A DNA stretch of 63,650 nt, the filler included, from Atractiella rhizophila (taxonomy: Eukaryota): assembly GCA_021432655.1 (NCBI GenBank). It is 5 parts of 4 records of this genome, joined end to end, with 100 filler letters (N's around TTAATTAATTAA, not from the genome) between each part and the next. Parts side by side here need not be neighbours in the genome. Positions count along the whole stretch, not along the records: positions 1 to 29,097 come from MU271241.1; positions 29,198 to 44,481 come from MU271249.1; 3 more parts are not named here. One strand, written 5' to 3'. The notes below the pieces were generated by a model. It did not search any database, was not told the origin of the DNA, and was given only the letters and a program-made list of their open reading frames with translations. Each line of letters opens with the position of its first letter. Within the stretch, counting starts at the first letter, position 1. A program made the position numbers and the translations under genes. Shown here piece after piece: positions 27,304-39,320 of the stretch.

Positions 27304-29097
27304 CTAGCGACTGGAGTCGTGTTCAGAAGAGGAGGCAGCCTTCTTTTCTGCAAGGCCTTTCAGGACGTCTCGACAGTATACCAATTTTTGTCGGAGGAAA
27401 TCCATTCTTGATTGATGCCTCGCTATTTGCGCTGCATCGCCGTCCACCTTCTTGACCAAATTCCTGCTTATTCTTCGGAGAGACATGGTCACCATCCTAC
27501 GCTCGCAGTCGATGATCGTTACGACCATAGCGTTTTCTGAAAAGAGGATTTTCGAATGATCGAAGAAGTTGAACTAATCAGGAGAGTTGAGTGAAATCAG
27601 TTGGGAATATCAACAAGGACCCACCTGGATAACATCATTGCTGAGCTTGAAAACGATGGCAGCTTTCATGCGGTAGTATTTGACGAGGAAGTCCATGTTC
27701 TTAGTCCGATTTTCGTCAACGAAAGCCCATTCGTCCCCTCGAGTTAGCTCGTTTCTCATGTACTCATCGAAGTAATTGAGCAAGAATCCTTTCCGTGCCA
27801 GCTCTTTAGGAGGATCGCGAGCATCGTAGTTTCGTCGGCTGTAGACCACACTTTTGCGATTGTAAATATAATCCAATCGTCTATCATCTCATCAGAACAT
27901 ATCCTAAAGGGAAAGAATGGAATCTTACTCTTTACCGGGAGCCAGAACCATCGTCGTGGTGTCGTTGAAGTAGAGTCCAGCAGATCCATCGGTGAGATAG
28001 TAAGCCGTTCCGTACTTGTGCGTGTAATCGACCCAGCAATGTATAAATACTTTAGGAGCAACAAGCTCTTTCGGATCTGATTGCAATTCAGCTTGCTTCT
28101 TCACATGTGGAACAAATGACGAACCTGAAATGGCAGCAGCGTCTTCCAGTGAGACCGCATCCAAAGCGGTCATCAAATTCTTCCACATAGCCTCATACAC
28201 TTCCTTCGAGGAAACAGTCTGGCGTCCCACCTCGACGCCGGCAGTGCTAGGGGTCTCTATCTTTGCATCTCGTGGCTCGGATACCGGCACCGGCGCAGGT
28301 GCAGGTGCAGGTGCAGGTGCCACAGGGATGGCATTGCTTCTGCTCCTGGCACGTGAGAGCCTGTCCCTCGCCGACCCGCTGGTACTAGCTGTGAGAGTTT
28401 GAGCGGCTGCAGGGCGAGTTGTTGTACTTTTGCTTCTCGGGACTGGTGCTACAGCCGCACCCACTGGTGGCGCGACCTCTCGCTTCCCAAACTCGTCGAC
28501 TAGTCCTCGTCCTGCTCGTCCACGCAAAGAACCGGACTTCCTCAATTCTGCAGTACCGGAGCCAGTAGCAACAGCAGTGGGCTGGGAAACCTTCCTGGCG
28601 CGGGAAGGAAATGCGACAGCCTCGTTTGCAGGTGGTTTAGAAGGATTGTGAGAGGAAGTGGTGGTAGCTGTGAGTTGTAGGCGCGCGACGGATTTCTTTG
28701 GTAAATCGACGCCGCGATTCGTATGCGAAGTCTGAGGAGAGACCATAAGAGGTTGCCGAGCTGTGCGGAGGAGGTCGGCGATGGCGCTTTGGGGTTGAAG
28801 TGCTCGGTTGACCTCCTGTTCCATCGACTGAGCTTCCTTTCCATTTTCGCGTACCACCTGTGTTGTGACAGTTCCGAGCTGTCTCTTCCTCTTCTCCTCC
28901 TCGACGTCCATCCGCACCGTCTCCTTGATCTCCCGTTCCACGCTCTCCTTCTCTCCTTCCCGATCCTCAGTAACCACTTCCAACCTCTTCTTTCGGATCT
29001 CAATCTCAATCCCTTCCCTCTCCATGCCGAATCCCATCTCCGCTCCCTCCCAACAAATCCGTTGTAAAGCCTTAAAGTTCTTCTGGCTCTCGCGCTG
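27304..29097 (-). CDS. CDC5: Polo-like kinase, C-terminal part with polo boxes (kinase domain lost at the contig break)
   Basis: Polo-box motifs VFIHCWVDYTHKYGTAYYLTDGSAGLYFNDTTTMVL and FLVKYYRMKAAIVFKLSNDVIQFNFFDHSKI. Confidence 0.9.
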
Positions 29098-29197
29098 NNN
29101 NNNNNNNNNNNNNNNNNNNNNNNNNNNNNNNNNNNNNNNNNTTAATTAATTAANNNNNNNNNNNNNNNNNNNNNNNNNNNNNNNNNNNNNNNNNNNN
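29098..29197. other. Assembly gap with artificial TTAATTAATTAA linker
   Basis: 100-nt block of Ns flanking a six-frame-stop 12-mer; the same block occurs four times in the window. Confidence 0.95.
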
Positions 29198-31849
29198 ACA
29201 TGCTCCAATCCCCTCTTCGAATCCAAATTCGCACCATCCATGGCTTCTTTCGTCACCTCTATCTTCCTCACAAGTCCATCAGCTGTGATATTCCCCGTTC
29301 CATCAGGGACGACGTCTATATCACTGACCCACCTACCAGCCCAAACGAGTCAACACCAACTTCCTAGACTGAATAGGAGAAAGTGAACGGAGAACTCACC
29401 AAGCCTGCCTCTCGGTCCCCCTCCACTCATTGGCGGCCTGAACAAGGTTCCAAGCGTCCAACTTGCCGTATCCATACTTATGATTGAACAGTCTCCCGAC
29501 CGCCGTCGTCTCCCAATCCGGATCGTTGAGGTTGATGGGCACGGAGGTGCGCACAACGAGGTGTTGGAGGTCCCGCCACGTTAGGTCCGACCTGTATAAT
29601 TCTCATCAGCCTTTATTTCTTCCGTTTGGCGTTTGGCTTCGTTTGAAAACGTACCGCGCTTGCAGGACGAGCGCAAAGATCCCAGCACCGATCGGAGCGG
29701 CGGCACTCGTCCCTCCGTGGTGACCTGTGCACTTGTCCTTTCCAACATCCGTCGTCCACTATTTTCCGTTACGTTCTTGCATTCAGCACAGTCCGGCGGT
29801 AGAGTGGGAACGGAGGGTGAGAAGGAAGGAAGACGCACGATGTTGTCCCCTCCTCCACTTGAGTAGGTGACGGTCATCAAAGCCGCGCATGGTTCGCTGT
29901 AGAAGGGATGCGCATCTTTCCTGTATATCCATCCAATCAACCAATCATCGTATTTCTAATGTCAAGAAGGAAGGAAAAGCACGAACCTATCGATAGCACC
30001 CACGGTCACGCTCCAAATCGAATTCGTATACCCATCAAAATTACACTGATCGTCCACCGCACCTCCATTCCCACTCGCAAACACAAACACACTCCCCAAC
30101 CCTCCCCGTCCCTTCGTGACTCCATTCAAGAAAGCCTTCTTGATGAGATCCGAAGGGCCCTCCATGTCTTGTCCAGAGTCTGGCGGACCCCAAGAACAGG
30201 AGTAGATGCTGTTTTGTTGGTAGCCGTAGTTGAGGGAGGAGGCTTCGTCCGCATCGGAGATTCCGCCGCTCAGGATCCTTATTCCTGTTTTTTCATTAGA
30301 TGCAGATAGATGGAAGATGTTGTGAGGAGAGAGGGAGAGGAATGGGATGGACGGACCTGCGATGCCGGATTCGTAGGCGACTCCGAGCCCGCACACGCTG
30401 TTTTTTCCGGCGCTCACTTCGCCAGCACATCGAGTGCCATGTTGGTCGTCTGATAGACGGGGTAGCGGGAGAGGGTTATGGTCGTTGTAGTCCCACGATC
30501 CCTCAGCAAAGAAATTGGCGGACTACATCATGTACACAGAATCATGAGTGCCGTGTTCTTCAACGGGAGAAAGGGAGATACCAAGTCGTCGGAGTACAGA
30601 TCCAGCCCGTCGTCCACGATGGCTACCCTCACACCTTTCCCGGTAATCCCGCCTTCCCAGAGACCGGTGACGTTGATACTGTTCTCGGCAATCTCGTCAT
30701 TGACAAGATGCCACTGTTTATCCCACAGCGGGTCCTCGATCCTCAACCTCCGCGCAACAGTGGATGAGAGTTTGTTAACCGGCGGCGGGGCCCTCCTTTC
30801 TACCTCTACCTCTAGCTCTAGGTCTTGAAGTGCATCGAAGGGATGAAGGGGAAGGACACGCTTGGTGCGCTGTCGAACGACTTGTTTGGTCAGCTTCCAA
30901 GAGGGAGATGTGGCAGAGGACAAGAAGCCTCCCCGCTTCCGCAGCTTCTCCAGCGCAGCATGTCGCTTTTCGAACGTCGAAACATGCTCGTGCCCGACGC
31001 GGACTAGCCATTCGCCTTCTAACTCCCCCACTGGCTCCACACCCTCAGCAAAGAAATTGGCGGACTACATCATGTACACAGAATCATGAGTGCCGTGTTC
31101 TTCAACGGGAGAAAGGGAGATACCAAGTCGTCGGAGTACAGATCCAGCCCGTCGTCCACGATGGCTACCCTCACACCTTTCCCGGTGATCCCTCCTTCCC
31201 AGAGACCGGTGACGTTGATACTGTTCTCGGCAATCTCGTCATTGACAAGATGCCACTGTTTATCCCACAACGGGTCCTCGATCCTCAACCTCCGCGCAAC
31301 GGTGGATGAGAGTTTGTTAACCGGCGGCGGGGCCCTCCTTTCTACCTCTACCTCTACCTCTAGGTCTTGATGTGCATCGAAGGGATGAAGGGGAAGGATA
31401 CGCTTAGTGCGCTGTCGAACGACTTGTTTGGTCAGCTTCCAAGACGGCGATGAGACAGAGGACAAGAAGTCTCCCCGCTTCCGCAGCTTCTCCAGCGCAG
31501 CGTGTCGCTTTTCGAACGTCGAAACATGCTCGTGCCCGACGCGGACCAGCCATTCGCCTTCTAACTCTCCCACTGGCTCCACCAGCTCCACCGTCATCCC
31601 TCCCTCCACTCCCACTTCATGCCGATCATGGCCACTACCTCCGTTGTTTTGGGCGGAGGGGAAGTAAGTGGAGAGCCAGAGGGAGGGGGAGGAAGAGGGT
31701 GGGAGGGAGAGGACGTAGTATGTGTGTGTGGCGTATGTCCGCTTCGACGGCGTGCGGTGGGATGCAGGCTGGACGTGGGAGTGGGAGAGAGCGGAGGAGA
31801 GGGAGAATGAGAGGGAGGTGAGGAGGACGAGGTGGGCGAGGATGCGCAT
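29198..31849 (-). CDS. KEX2: Kexin (subtilisin-like proprotein convertase); 3' end lost at the contig break; contains an internal tandem duplication
   Basis: Signal peptide, pro-domain ending RQRTKR, DPLWDKQWHL, catalytic VAIVDDGLD, DQHGTRCAG, FASGNGG and HGGTSAAAP. Confidence 0.93.
30500..31582. repeat. Near-identical tandem duplication, period 542 nt (30500-31040 and 31042-31582), inside KEX2
   Basis: Direct comparison shows the same sequence with scattered substitutions; an orphan A at 31041 separates the copies. Confidence 0.95.
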
Positions 31850-32397
31850 GTGTGCCTGTCACGTGGGGTTGTTGTAGAGGTAGGAATGGGAGGGAAGTGG
31901 GGAGGGAGTAGAAGTGGGGAGGGGGTGTAGCGGGTACGATGAAGGACGTGGTCGCAACAGGAGAGCGGGCGGAGATGCGGGTAACTGTCTTTTTTTCATA
32001 GAGTATTCACCTTGGAAAAGTATGGTACGGTAGTTATAGTATTGTGCCCAGGATATGGATCGGGATGTGGATCTAGTCGGAAATGTTAATGATGAGTGAG
32101 AGAGCCGAAAAATCTAATATATTTCACCAATATTCAATGTTCATCGTTCATCGTTCAACATTGTGGGGAGCCCGCATTCTGCTGCCTCCCAGTACGGACG
32201 GTAACTCCTACTCCACCCTTGTCAGCGTGTATGCTTGTACACCCTTCCATAAAAGCTGATCAGGCTTGCTGGTGAAAATCCCCCTTAACAAATCAGAGAC
32301 TTCCGGTCTTACACTCACAGTTCCTCTGGTTCCGCAGAAGGTGAGCAGTACAGCTGTGATGTGAAGCTAGCTAATCTAAGTAGGCGAAGACTCTAGA

Positions 32398-33567
32398 ATG
32401 CCAGCACCCGCACCCGCGCAAATTGGAGGTATGAAGAAACACCTCCCCAAAAACGATGTCTACGTCGTCTCTTCGTCGGCCCACATTGCCGATCCAAAAG
32501 GGCTCCGCGTTCTTTGCCTTGACGGGGGCGGCGTAAGAGGACTGTCTGAACTCTACATTCTGGAGCAAATCATGGAGCAGCTCGGGCACCAACTGTTTCC
32601 TGATGATCCCAATCCTGAGAAGAAGGAACTGCGACCTTGCGACTACTTTGATCTCATGTGCGGGACATCCACGGGGGGCCTCATTGCGATCATGCTCGGA
32701 AGATTGGGGATGACGACTCGTCAATGCATTCAAGTGTACGAGGAACTGGCGCAGAGAATCTTCCCCGATCCATCCATCACCGAAAAAGGTCTCAATGCCA
32801 TCAAAGGCTTGAAAGCCGGAGTCTATGCGTTCGATAGCCAAAATCTAGAGAATGCGATTGTGGAGATGCTGGCTCTTTATGCGCCGGATGAGGACGATAA
32901 AGATCCTCGAAACATACCCATGAAAGATCCGGACGTCAACTTTCGTCAAAGATGCAGAGTCCTCCTCACCTCCACCTACCAAGCCAATATTGTCGCCCCA
33001 GCCTACTTGCGAACATATCGGACTGAGCTGTCCCCACCGGCAGCAATGAAGATCTGGCAAGCGGCTAGAGCAACGAGTGCTGCACCGATGTTCTTCGCCC
33101 CCATCGAGGTCGACAACACTCTGTATGTTGATGGAGGCATGGGAACCAATAATCCAACCAGCGTCGCCATCGACGAAACGAAGCGCATCTGGGGAAACGA
33201 CAGTCAGATCTCGTGTCTCATCTCCCTCGGAACCGGTTCACAACCTGCAGCCAAAGGCAGTGGTTCTTACTGGCAGTTGCTGAAGGCGATGGAGCAAATT
33301 GTGACGGACTGTTCGAGGGTTGCCAACCAGGTGAAAGAACAGTTTCAGCAAGAGAGGAGGCGGGACCATTACCATCGTTTTCAGGTCGAAGGGTTGGGAA
33401 CGGTCGGACTGGCGGAGTGGAGAGAGGTTTCGACCATCGTGGGCCTCACGAAAGCATTCATGCAGAATCAATCCTTCGAGGTTAGAGACGCAGCTCTGGG
33501 ACTTAAGAAGGTGGATGTACAACTGGAACGGCAGGCCGACCTGGTAGACCCAGAAGATCAGAGGTGA
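32398..33567 (+). CDS. Patatin-like phospholipase (iPLA2-gamma/PNPLA8-like), single exon
   Basis: LCLDGGGVRG, nucleophile motif GTSTG, ARATSAAP, DGG and ISLGTG. Confidence 0.93.
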   Translation: MPAPAPAQIGGMKKHLPKNDVYVVSSSAHIADPKGLRVLCLDGGGVRGLSELYILEQIMEQLGHQLFPDDPNPEKKELRPCDYFDLMCGTSTGGLIAIMLGRLGMTTRQCIQVYEELAQRIFPDPSITEKGLNAIKGLKAGVYAFDSQNLENAIVEMLALYAPDEDDKDPRNIPMKDPDVNFRQRCRVLLTSTYQANIVAPAYLRTYRTELSPPAAMKIWQAARATSAAPMFFAPIEVDNTLYVDGGMGTNNPTSVAIDETKRIWGNDSQISCLISLGTGSQPAAKGSGSYWQLLKAMEQIVTDCSRVANQVKEQFQQERRRDHYHRFQVEGLGTVGLAEWREVSTIVGLTKAFMQNQSFEVRDAALGLKKVDVQLERQADLVDPEDQR

Positions 33568-34722
33568 TCTCGTCCTGAAGTTGAACGCTTCACTTTCAGC
33601 TTTAGTACATCTGTGTTGACAAACGTTTCATTGATATATCTAGTGGTCAAATAGTACCCAATGACAAGCATGATATCCCTGCAGCTGACCACAGACTTAC
33701 TTGACGACGTTATAGTATTTCCACCATTTCATTCGGAAAGTTAGAGCTTGTAAGTTCCTGTATGTAGTCCCCAATCCTCACAGACTCAAACCTAGGAAGG
33801 AAGCGTTACAGCAAATTAAGACTCGAGGACGTAATTGTTTACTGTATTGAGAGTTTAAATGGGACGTCCAATGTGTACATTTTAACCCTCACATGCATTC
33901 GTGAATGAATTTGCGCACCAAAAGGTGGAAGGACTTGTTGGATGCATTTTCCGTCCTCTACTTATCCTTATCATTTCCATTTGTCAGTTCATTTATGAAC
34001 TTTTGAGGCAGGAAAAGGGCTGACTTTCCGGCAGACTGGAATTGAACTGCAGCACCTGCACCCGCACTGGTATTTTCTCGCCCATTGCACTGGCAGTCAG
34101 AATCACCGTCACAGCCCATTAATAGTCCATTCTTGGCTTGTTCCTTTATTGTAATTGACGGTTCGAGAAGAGTGAGGTTCAAGAATCGCGAACTTCATGT
34201 GAGAGTTCCCACGACAATTTACATTAAGCAAAGAGCTTGAAATCTACAGTTACAGAGTTGTTCACTTCGAATCACTTTTTGACTTTTTTGAAAACAAATT
34301 ATTATAGCTTCAAGCAAGAGCCAAGTTAGAATTGCGTGAAAAGTGCAAATATTCGACAAACGTAGCGCAGTGCCTGGAAGCGAGGAATCGGGAAAAGGGT
34401 AACAGCGGATGTGGTAGAAAAGTCGAAGATTACGACCAGTGACGAATAGGCCCGACGGAGTAGGCAAACATGAGCACCCGTAGGAGACAAAGAAAACTCC
34501 CGCAAAACCACCTTTGATTGAAAGTCAAGTGACTGAAGAGTTGGCGGTGTGGGATATCTTTTCGTGATGGCGAGCAAGGACCAAGTAGCTCGTGAGGTGG
34601 CCAGGTCTGAGAGACGAGATAATCTCCGTAGCGAATGTAACCTTCCAGTATCGAAGCTAGACGGAGAGGAGGTCGAGTTATTACCAAAATCGCGATACGT
34701 GGAGGTCCAGTTGAGTTACATT

Positions 34723-36390
34723 TTACTTCTCTTCGTCCTCCGTTCCGTCGTCATAAAACTCTAAACACTCCAACTCAACCTTTGTACGGCTCTCCTTAAG
34801 TCTCGTCATCAGTATTCCATAGTCCACCCATTCCTTTCGGCTCAAGGCAACGAGTCCACCACTCCTATTCGCCCCAGGGCGAAGCGTGAGTTTTTCCAAC
34901 TGATCAGTCCATGTTGCGGCGCGAAGAAAACTGATCAGTGGTCCATACCCCCCATTGCCGCAGGAAGCAATGCCGTATCTAGTTTCGAAATCAAATTGGA
35001 GACGTTTGGCCATACAAGTTCCTTCGTTGAAAGATGACCAAGTCAAATGGACATCGTCCTCCTCCATAAAGTTGTGCCTAAAAGCCGAGTAGAAGTTAGC
35101 TGAGATTGACACCTCTTCGATTCCGGGAATCGTGTGACCAGAGGTGAGGAGAAAGTTCAAGAGTTCGAAAGAAGAATCGAGGTCGATTGTCAGCTTCTGA
35201 GGTTGCGAGATCTCGAGGAAACGGATGACCTCCGCTGTGGACACGAACGAAGTCGAAGCGATTTCGAGACACTTGAGCCTAACGGGATAGGTGGCAGGGT
35301 CGAATATCGGTCGTAAATTGTGAGTGGACAGGAGGGGACTTTGAATAAACAATGACAATGTATGTAGATTCCGAAAATTGCATCGCAACCTCTGCCCTCC
35401 TCCGTCCTCCTCCTTCGACATTATTCGCACGTCCGACAAACTCAAGCACTCCAATTCTGAGGATAAGTCGAGACGCGGGAAAGAGTCGACGAGGTTCCCT
35501 AAGAAGTCGCTCACGAGTGTAAGAGTTCTCAGCCTCGGGAGGATCGGGGCGACCAGTTGAGGATTAATATATATCTCAGGTGTTTCCCACTCCAAATAGC
35601 CAGTCATGTTCAGCCACCGAAGGGAATCCCTTACGAGATGGAGGAGCTGGAAGACTTCTGGCCAGAAGGTAGGGTGTTCTTTGACCCTAAACTTAGGTGA
35701 TCGAGAGACGATGAGACTAGTAAGAGTTCCTGCGGACGCTGAGAAAAATTGTGAATCCAAAGGAAGAACGATGTCGATTTGGAGGCGGGAGAGTTTAAAC
35801 TGGGCTGGAGTGGACTGCGACACCACAACGTCGGCCGATTTGAGGTGGCGTAAAGCCTTGCACTGATCTAACCCAGTGAACCAATTTTGAAGAAACGGTG
35901 GATTTCTCATAGCAGGACATGCTAGCACGTGGAAATGCTCGAGATTGGATGGGAGTCGAAGAAGACTAACGCCGGGAGCTGCCATCGACCATAGCATGAC
36001 GTCCAATTCTAGGAGCTGTTCTCCAACGATCTCCAAAACTTCTTTCAGCGCATCCCAGATAATCTTCCCACCTGCATTCGTCGATTCCCATGCTGATTCT
36101 GGAAATTTTACGAGCAAACACTTTATGTGAGAGCGACGTGCTTTGGCCTGCCGTACGAACGAAAGGGTCGAGCTCACGTTGGTTCTAGAAAGCGTGAGCC
36201 TGCGATCAAGAACGGGGAGAGAGAGCTCCCTCCATCGCTTGCTGACGAGTGAACAAGGTCGAATTTGAGCTTTGGAGAAAAGAAATTGCATGCGATGCAT
36301 GCGGTATCGATATTTGATATCGCCATGCGCTGCGAGGAGTTCGAAGATTTCCAGGAGGAGTTCCGAAGGGAGGGAATGTAGCGTCGCCAT
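34723..36390 (-). CDS. F-box protein with an LRR/RNI-like Leu-rich region, single exon
   Basis: LHSLPSELLLEIFE...CSLVSKRWRELS F-box followed by repeated LxxLxL units. Confidence 0.8.
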   Translation of the reverse strand: MATLHSLPSELLLEIFELLAAHGDIKYRYRMHRMQFLFSKAQIRPCSLVSKRWRELSLPVLDRRLTLSRTNVSSTLSFVRQAKARRSHIKCLLVKFPESAWESTNAGGKIIWDALKEVLEIVGEQLLELDVMLWSMAAPGVSLLRLPSNLEHFHVLACPAMRNPPFLQNWFTGLDQCKALRHLKSADVVVSQSTPAQFKLSRLQIDIVLPLDSQFFSASAGTLTSLIVSRSPKFRVKEHPTFWPEVFQLLHLVRDSLRWLNMTGYLEWETPEIYINPQLVAPILPRLRTLTLVSDFLGNLVDSFPRLDLSSELECLSLSDVRIMSKEEDGGGQRLRCNFRNLHTLSLFIQSPLLSTHNLRPIFDPATYPVRLKCLEIASTSFVSTAEVIRFLEISQPQKLTIDLDSSFELLNFLLTSGHTIPGIEEVSISANFYSAFRHNFMEEDDVHLTWSSFNEGTCMAKRLQFDFETRYGIASCGNGGYGPLISFLRAATWTDQLEKLTLRPGANRSGGLVALSRKEWVDYGILMTRLKESRTKVELECLEFYDDGTEDEEK

Positions 36391-36989
36391 CCTCTGTTTC
36401 TTTGACAAATTCAAAGGTCTGCTCTAGATGGGGACCTGGTTAGTTCATCACTTTGGGGAAGTGGGAAGAAACGCCAACAGATTGTGTGTTGGCCCTGCTA
36501 CCTACATGCCCAGCTGTGGAAGTTCTCCTTCTAGTCAGTGGATGCGATGAGGATAGGTGTTGACGTATTGACATGAGCCAGATCAATGTCAGCCGAGACC
36601 AAATCATTGCAATCGGCGATCGAGATAACAAAGGGTCCTTAATGAGTGGATCATTGCTAATACTCCGCGTCTTCTTTGACCTCCATTGAGGCTCGTGTGG
36701 ACTCCCATCACGATGTTAGCCTAGTCTTACAGAACAGAAATGACTCAACCTGTTAAAAGAACACACTTCCAAGATATTTGGAGCCGGAAATTTGCAGGGC
36801 GTAGCCGGTATACTCACCGGAGGAGGTTGCAGAGGGTATAACTCCAGTGTGAGTTGCATAGCAGTACACGGTTATTATTTGCCCATATTCAAAGAGTGGA
36901 CACAATCCCTGTACACAGTACATCAACCATCCCCCACATCCTACGACTCCGATTGCTCCACTCAATCTTTGTGGTCCCAAGTTGTGCCT

Positions 36990-38449
36990 TCAAAGTGGCA
37001 AATCCACAAATTCTCTCCGTCTCAGGCGAATCATTCCACCAGCTCTATTCAGCAAAAGGGGCCCGAAGGCTAGCTCTTCTGATTGGTCCGTCCACGTTGC
37101 GCCAGAAAGGAAGTTATCAGCAGTCCATATCCCCCGCTGCCGTGGTAAGCGACGTCCCATTCCATGCCGAATGAAATTGGAGCGTTTGGCTTCACAAGAA
37201 GCCTTCGCTGAAAGGCTCTGAAATGAATTCGATCGTGTCCTCTCCAAAGTCAGAGTCAAGTTAGCTGAGATTATCATGTCTTTGATGTCCGAATCGCTTG
37301 AGGTGAGGAGAAAGTTAAGGATTTGACGTTGATGCACAACGCTTGGGGTTGCGAGATCTCGAGCAAAGAAAGGAGCTCGGCTGTGGAAACGAACGAGCCC
37401 GAATCGATGCAAAGTCGCGCGAGCCTATGGAAATGAGTGACCAGATTAAATATGGGTTGGATCAGTTGGCGGGACAAGTTGGAGGTTCAAGCCCAAATCG
37501 ACAAGCTCCGCAACTTTTCAAACTTGCATTGGAACTTGCGAGCCAGTGCATCGTCAACATGCAACATTATCGGAACGTCAAACAAGCTCAACATCTCTAA
37601 GATGGGGGAAAGGATCGATCAGGCTTTCTAACAAGCTGGTGGTAGTACGAACGTCCTTATATGCGGTAGGATCGGTGCAACCAGTTGAGGTCGAATACAC
37701 TCCTCGATGTCCTTAGAACCACCGCGGTCATCCATCTTCAAGAGTTCGAGGCATCCTTGATAAGGTGGATGAGCTCGAAAACTTCGTGGCAGAACATAGG
37801 GTATTGTTCGAGGCTAAAACCGTGCGATTGGGACACTTGAAGAGACGTAAGAGTTCTCGCTAACGTGGACAAGAAAGTGAGCTGAGAATGGCGTTGATGA
37901 CGCGGGATGAGAGTCTGAACAAAGCTTCGTCAGTCGACTGTGGTAGGACAACATCTCTCGTTTTGATCCGATTCAAAGTTTAACATCCGCCTAATCCAGT
38001 AAACCTGTCTTTGAAGACCCACCGCCTCCTTCTTCTCAGAACTGATTTGCATTGAAAAACGCTTGAGGCTAGAGGGGAGCCGAAGAAGGTGGGACGGAGG
38101 TGTTATCGACCATAACATGAGTCCAGTTCGTCAAGTTGACCTTATGATATCCAAAACTGCTCTCAAATCGTCACAATCACTCATCTGCTTCGAAGGTCTG
38201 GGATGATTAACAAGCAGAGTCTTGACGTGAGTACGACGCGTGTGAAACTCTGGTACGAACGAAAGCGTGGGCTTGATACCGGCGGTGGTAAGTCTGAGTC
38301 GACGATCTATGATGCAGACAGCAAACAAGGTTGAATTTGAGCCTTAGAAGAGAGGAGTTCCAGACTCCCATAACTACGTAGTATAGTTTGAGGACCCTAT
38401 GAGCGGCGCGGACTTCAAAGATTTGGAAGAGAATTCCGGATGGAGCCAA
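36990..38449 (-). pseudogene. Frameshifted tandem paralog of the adjacent F-box gene
   Basis: Colinear fragments in different frames match the neighbour: PSGILFQIFEVRAAH, TLSFVPEFHTRRTHVKTLLV, MLWSITPPSHLLRLPSSL and FVSTAELLSLLEISQPQ. Confidence 0.85.
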
Positions 38450-39320
38450 TGGATCATCGCCTTATCGAATAACTGGAAAATCTGGAGGCGATGGACAGCC
38501 TTATCAGTTCTGAGACCAACGATAGGACTGCAATTCTGCTGCTCAGGATTTCTGTATCGCGAGACTCCTTTCGTAGCCCCAAGGAGCGGATCCACGGCAA
38601 CTGAGATGGCATATGAAGCAAAGGCAAGGTGGTAGGATAGGCTGGAACATGGGAGAAGGAGCTTCGACAGGAGAAATGCGAAATACCCGGCGAAGTACAA
38701 CTGACATTGAACCAAGGGTTCTCTTCTTTGAGTGCACCTTTGCTCCAGTAAATGGAACTTTGGTAACGAACGCGAGCTTAGAAAACTCACCAGTAGTGCC
38801 TCTCGCAGGCTGAGACACGTCTCATCAAGTCTCATCAACAACTTCCCACGTTGAAAGATCCGGTACGCGACGTCCGTACTGCTTAATGGCTGATCATGGG
38901 ATTTCCGAGTGAAACTTGCAGAAACGACCACTTGCCAGTATCGCCTCAGCTTACCACCTCCTTCAGCATCTCTAGGCAACCCATCTCCCAGGATCCCAGG
39001 CCCTCCATCACTCTCCGCTGACTCAAGCAGCGACTCGTTAGTCCTGGGACCGTTGTGGACAGGACGACGGGAAGTGTTCTGATGATCCAAAGGACTTCGG
39101 TGAGCGCAGTTATTCATTCTGAGTACCCTGGGTTGAGTGTGCTGCCTTTTCCAGCACATCCCCATTAACAACAACCAACGGAGTCGTGACTGGCCTTCCG
39201 CCGTCTAACGTCCAGCTAAAGCTAAAGATTGATCCTATCAAGATTTCAACTATCAAGCTATTCTTGTAGGGTTCTGTTAAATGAGAAACATGTTTTCTAA
39301 AGTAGCTGCCGGTTAGCGCG

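Noticed and set aside
28288..28320. (GCAGGT)n microsatellite
   Set aside because: It simply encodes a Pro-Ala linker in the polo kinase.
29142..29153. Recurrent TTAATTAATTAA palindrome (also at about 44526, 57944 and 62317) as a biological motif
   Set aside because: It is always centred in a 100-nt N block and encodes stops in all six frames, so it is an artificial contig linker.
27304..31849. Apparent KEX2-polo-box fusion, or a kinase-less polo protein
   Set aside because: The two partial genes are separated by an artificial linker; the missing parts are simply unassembled and adjacency is not guaranteed.
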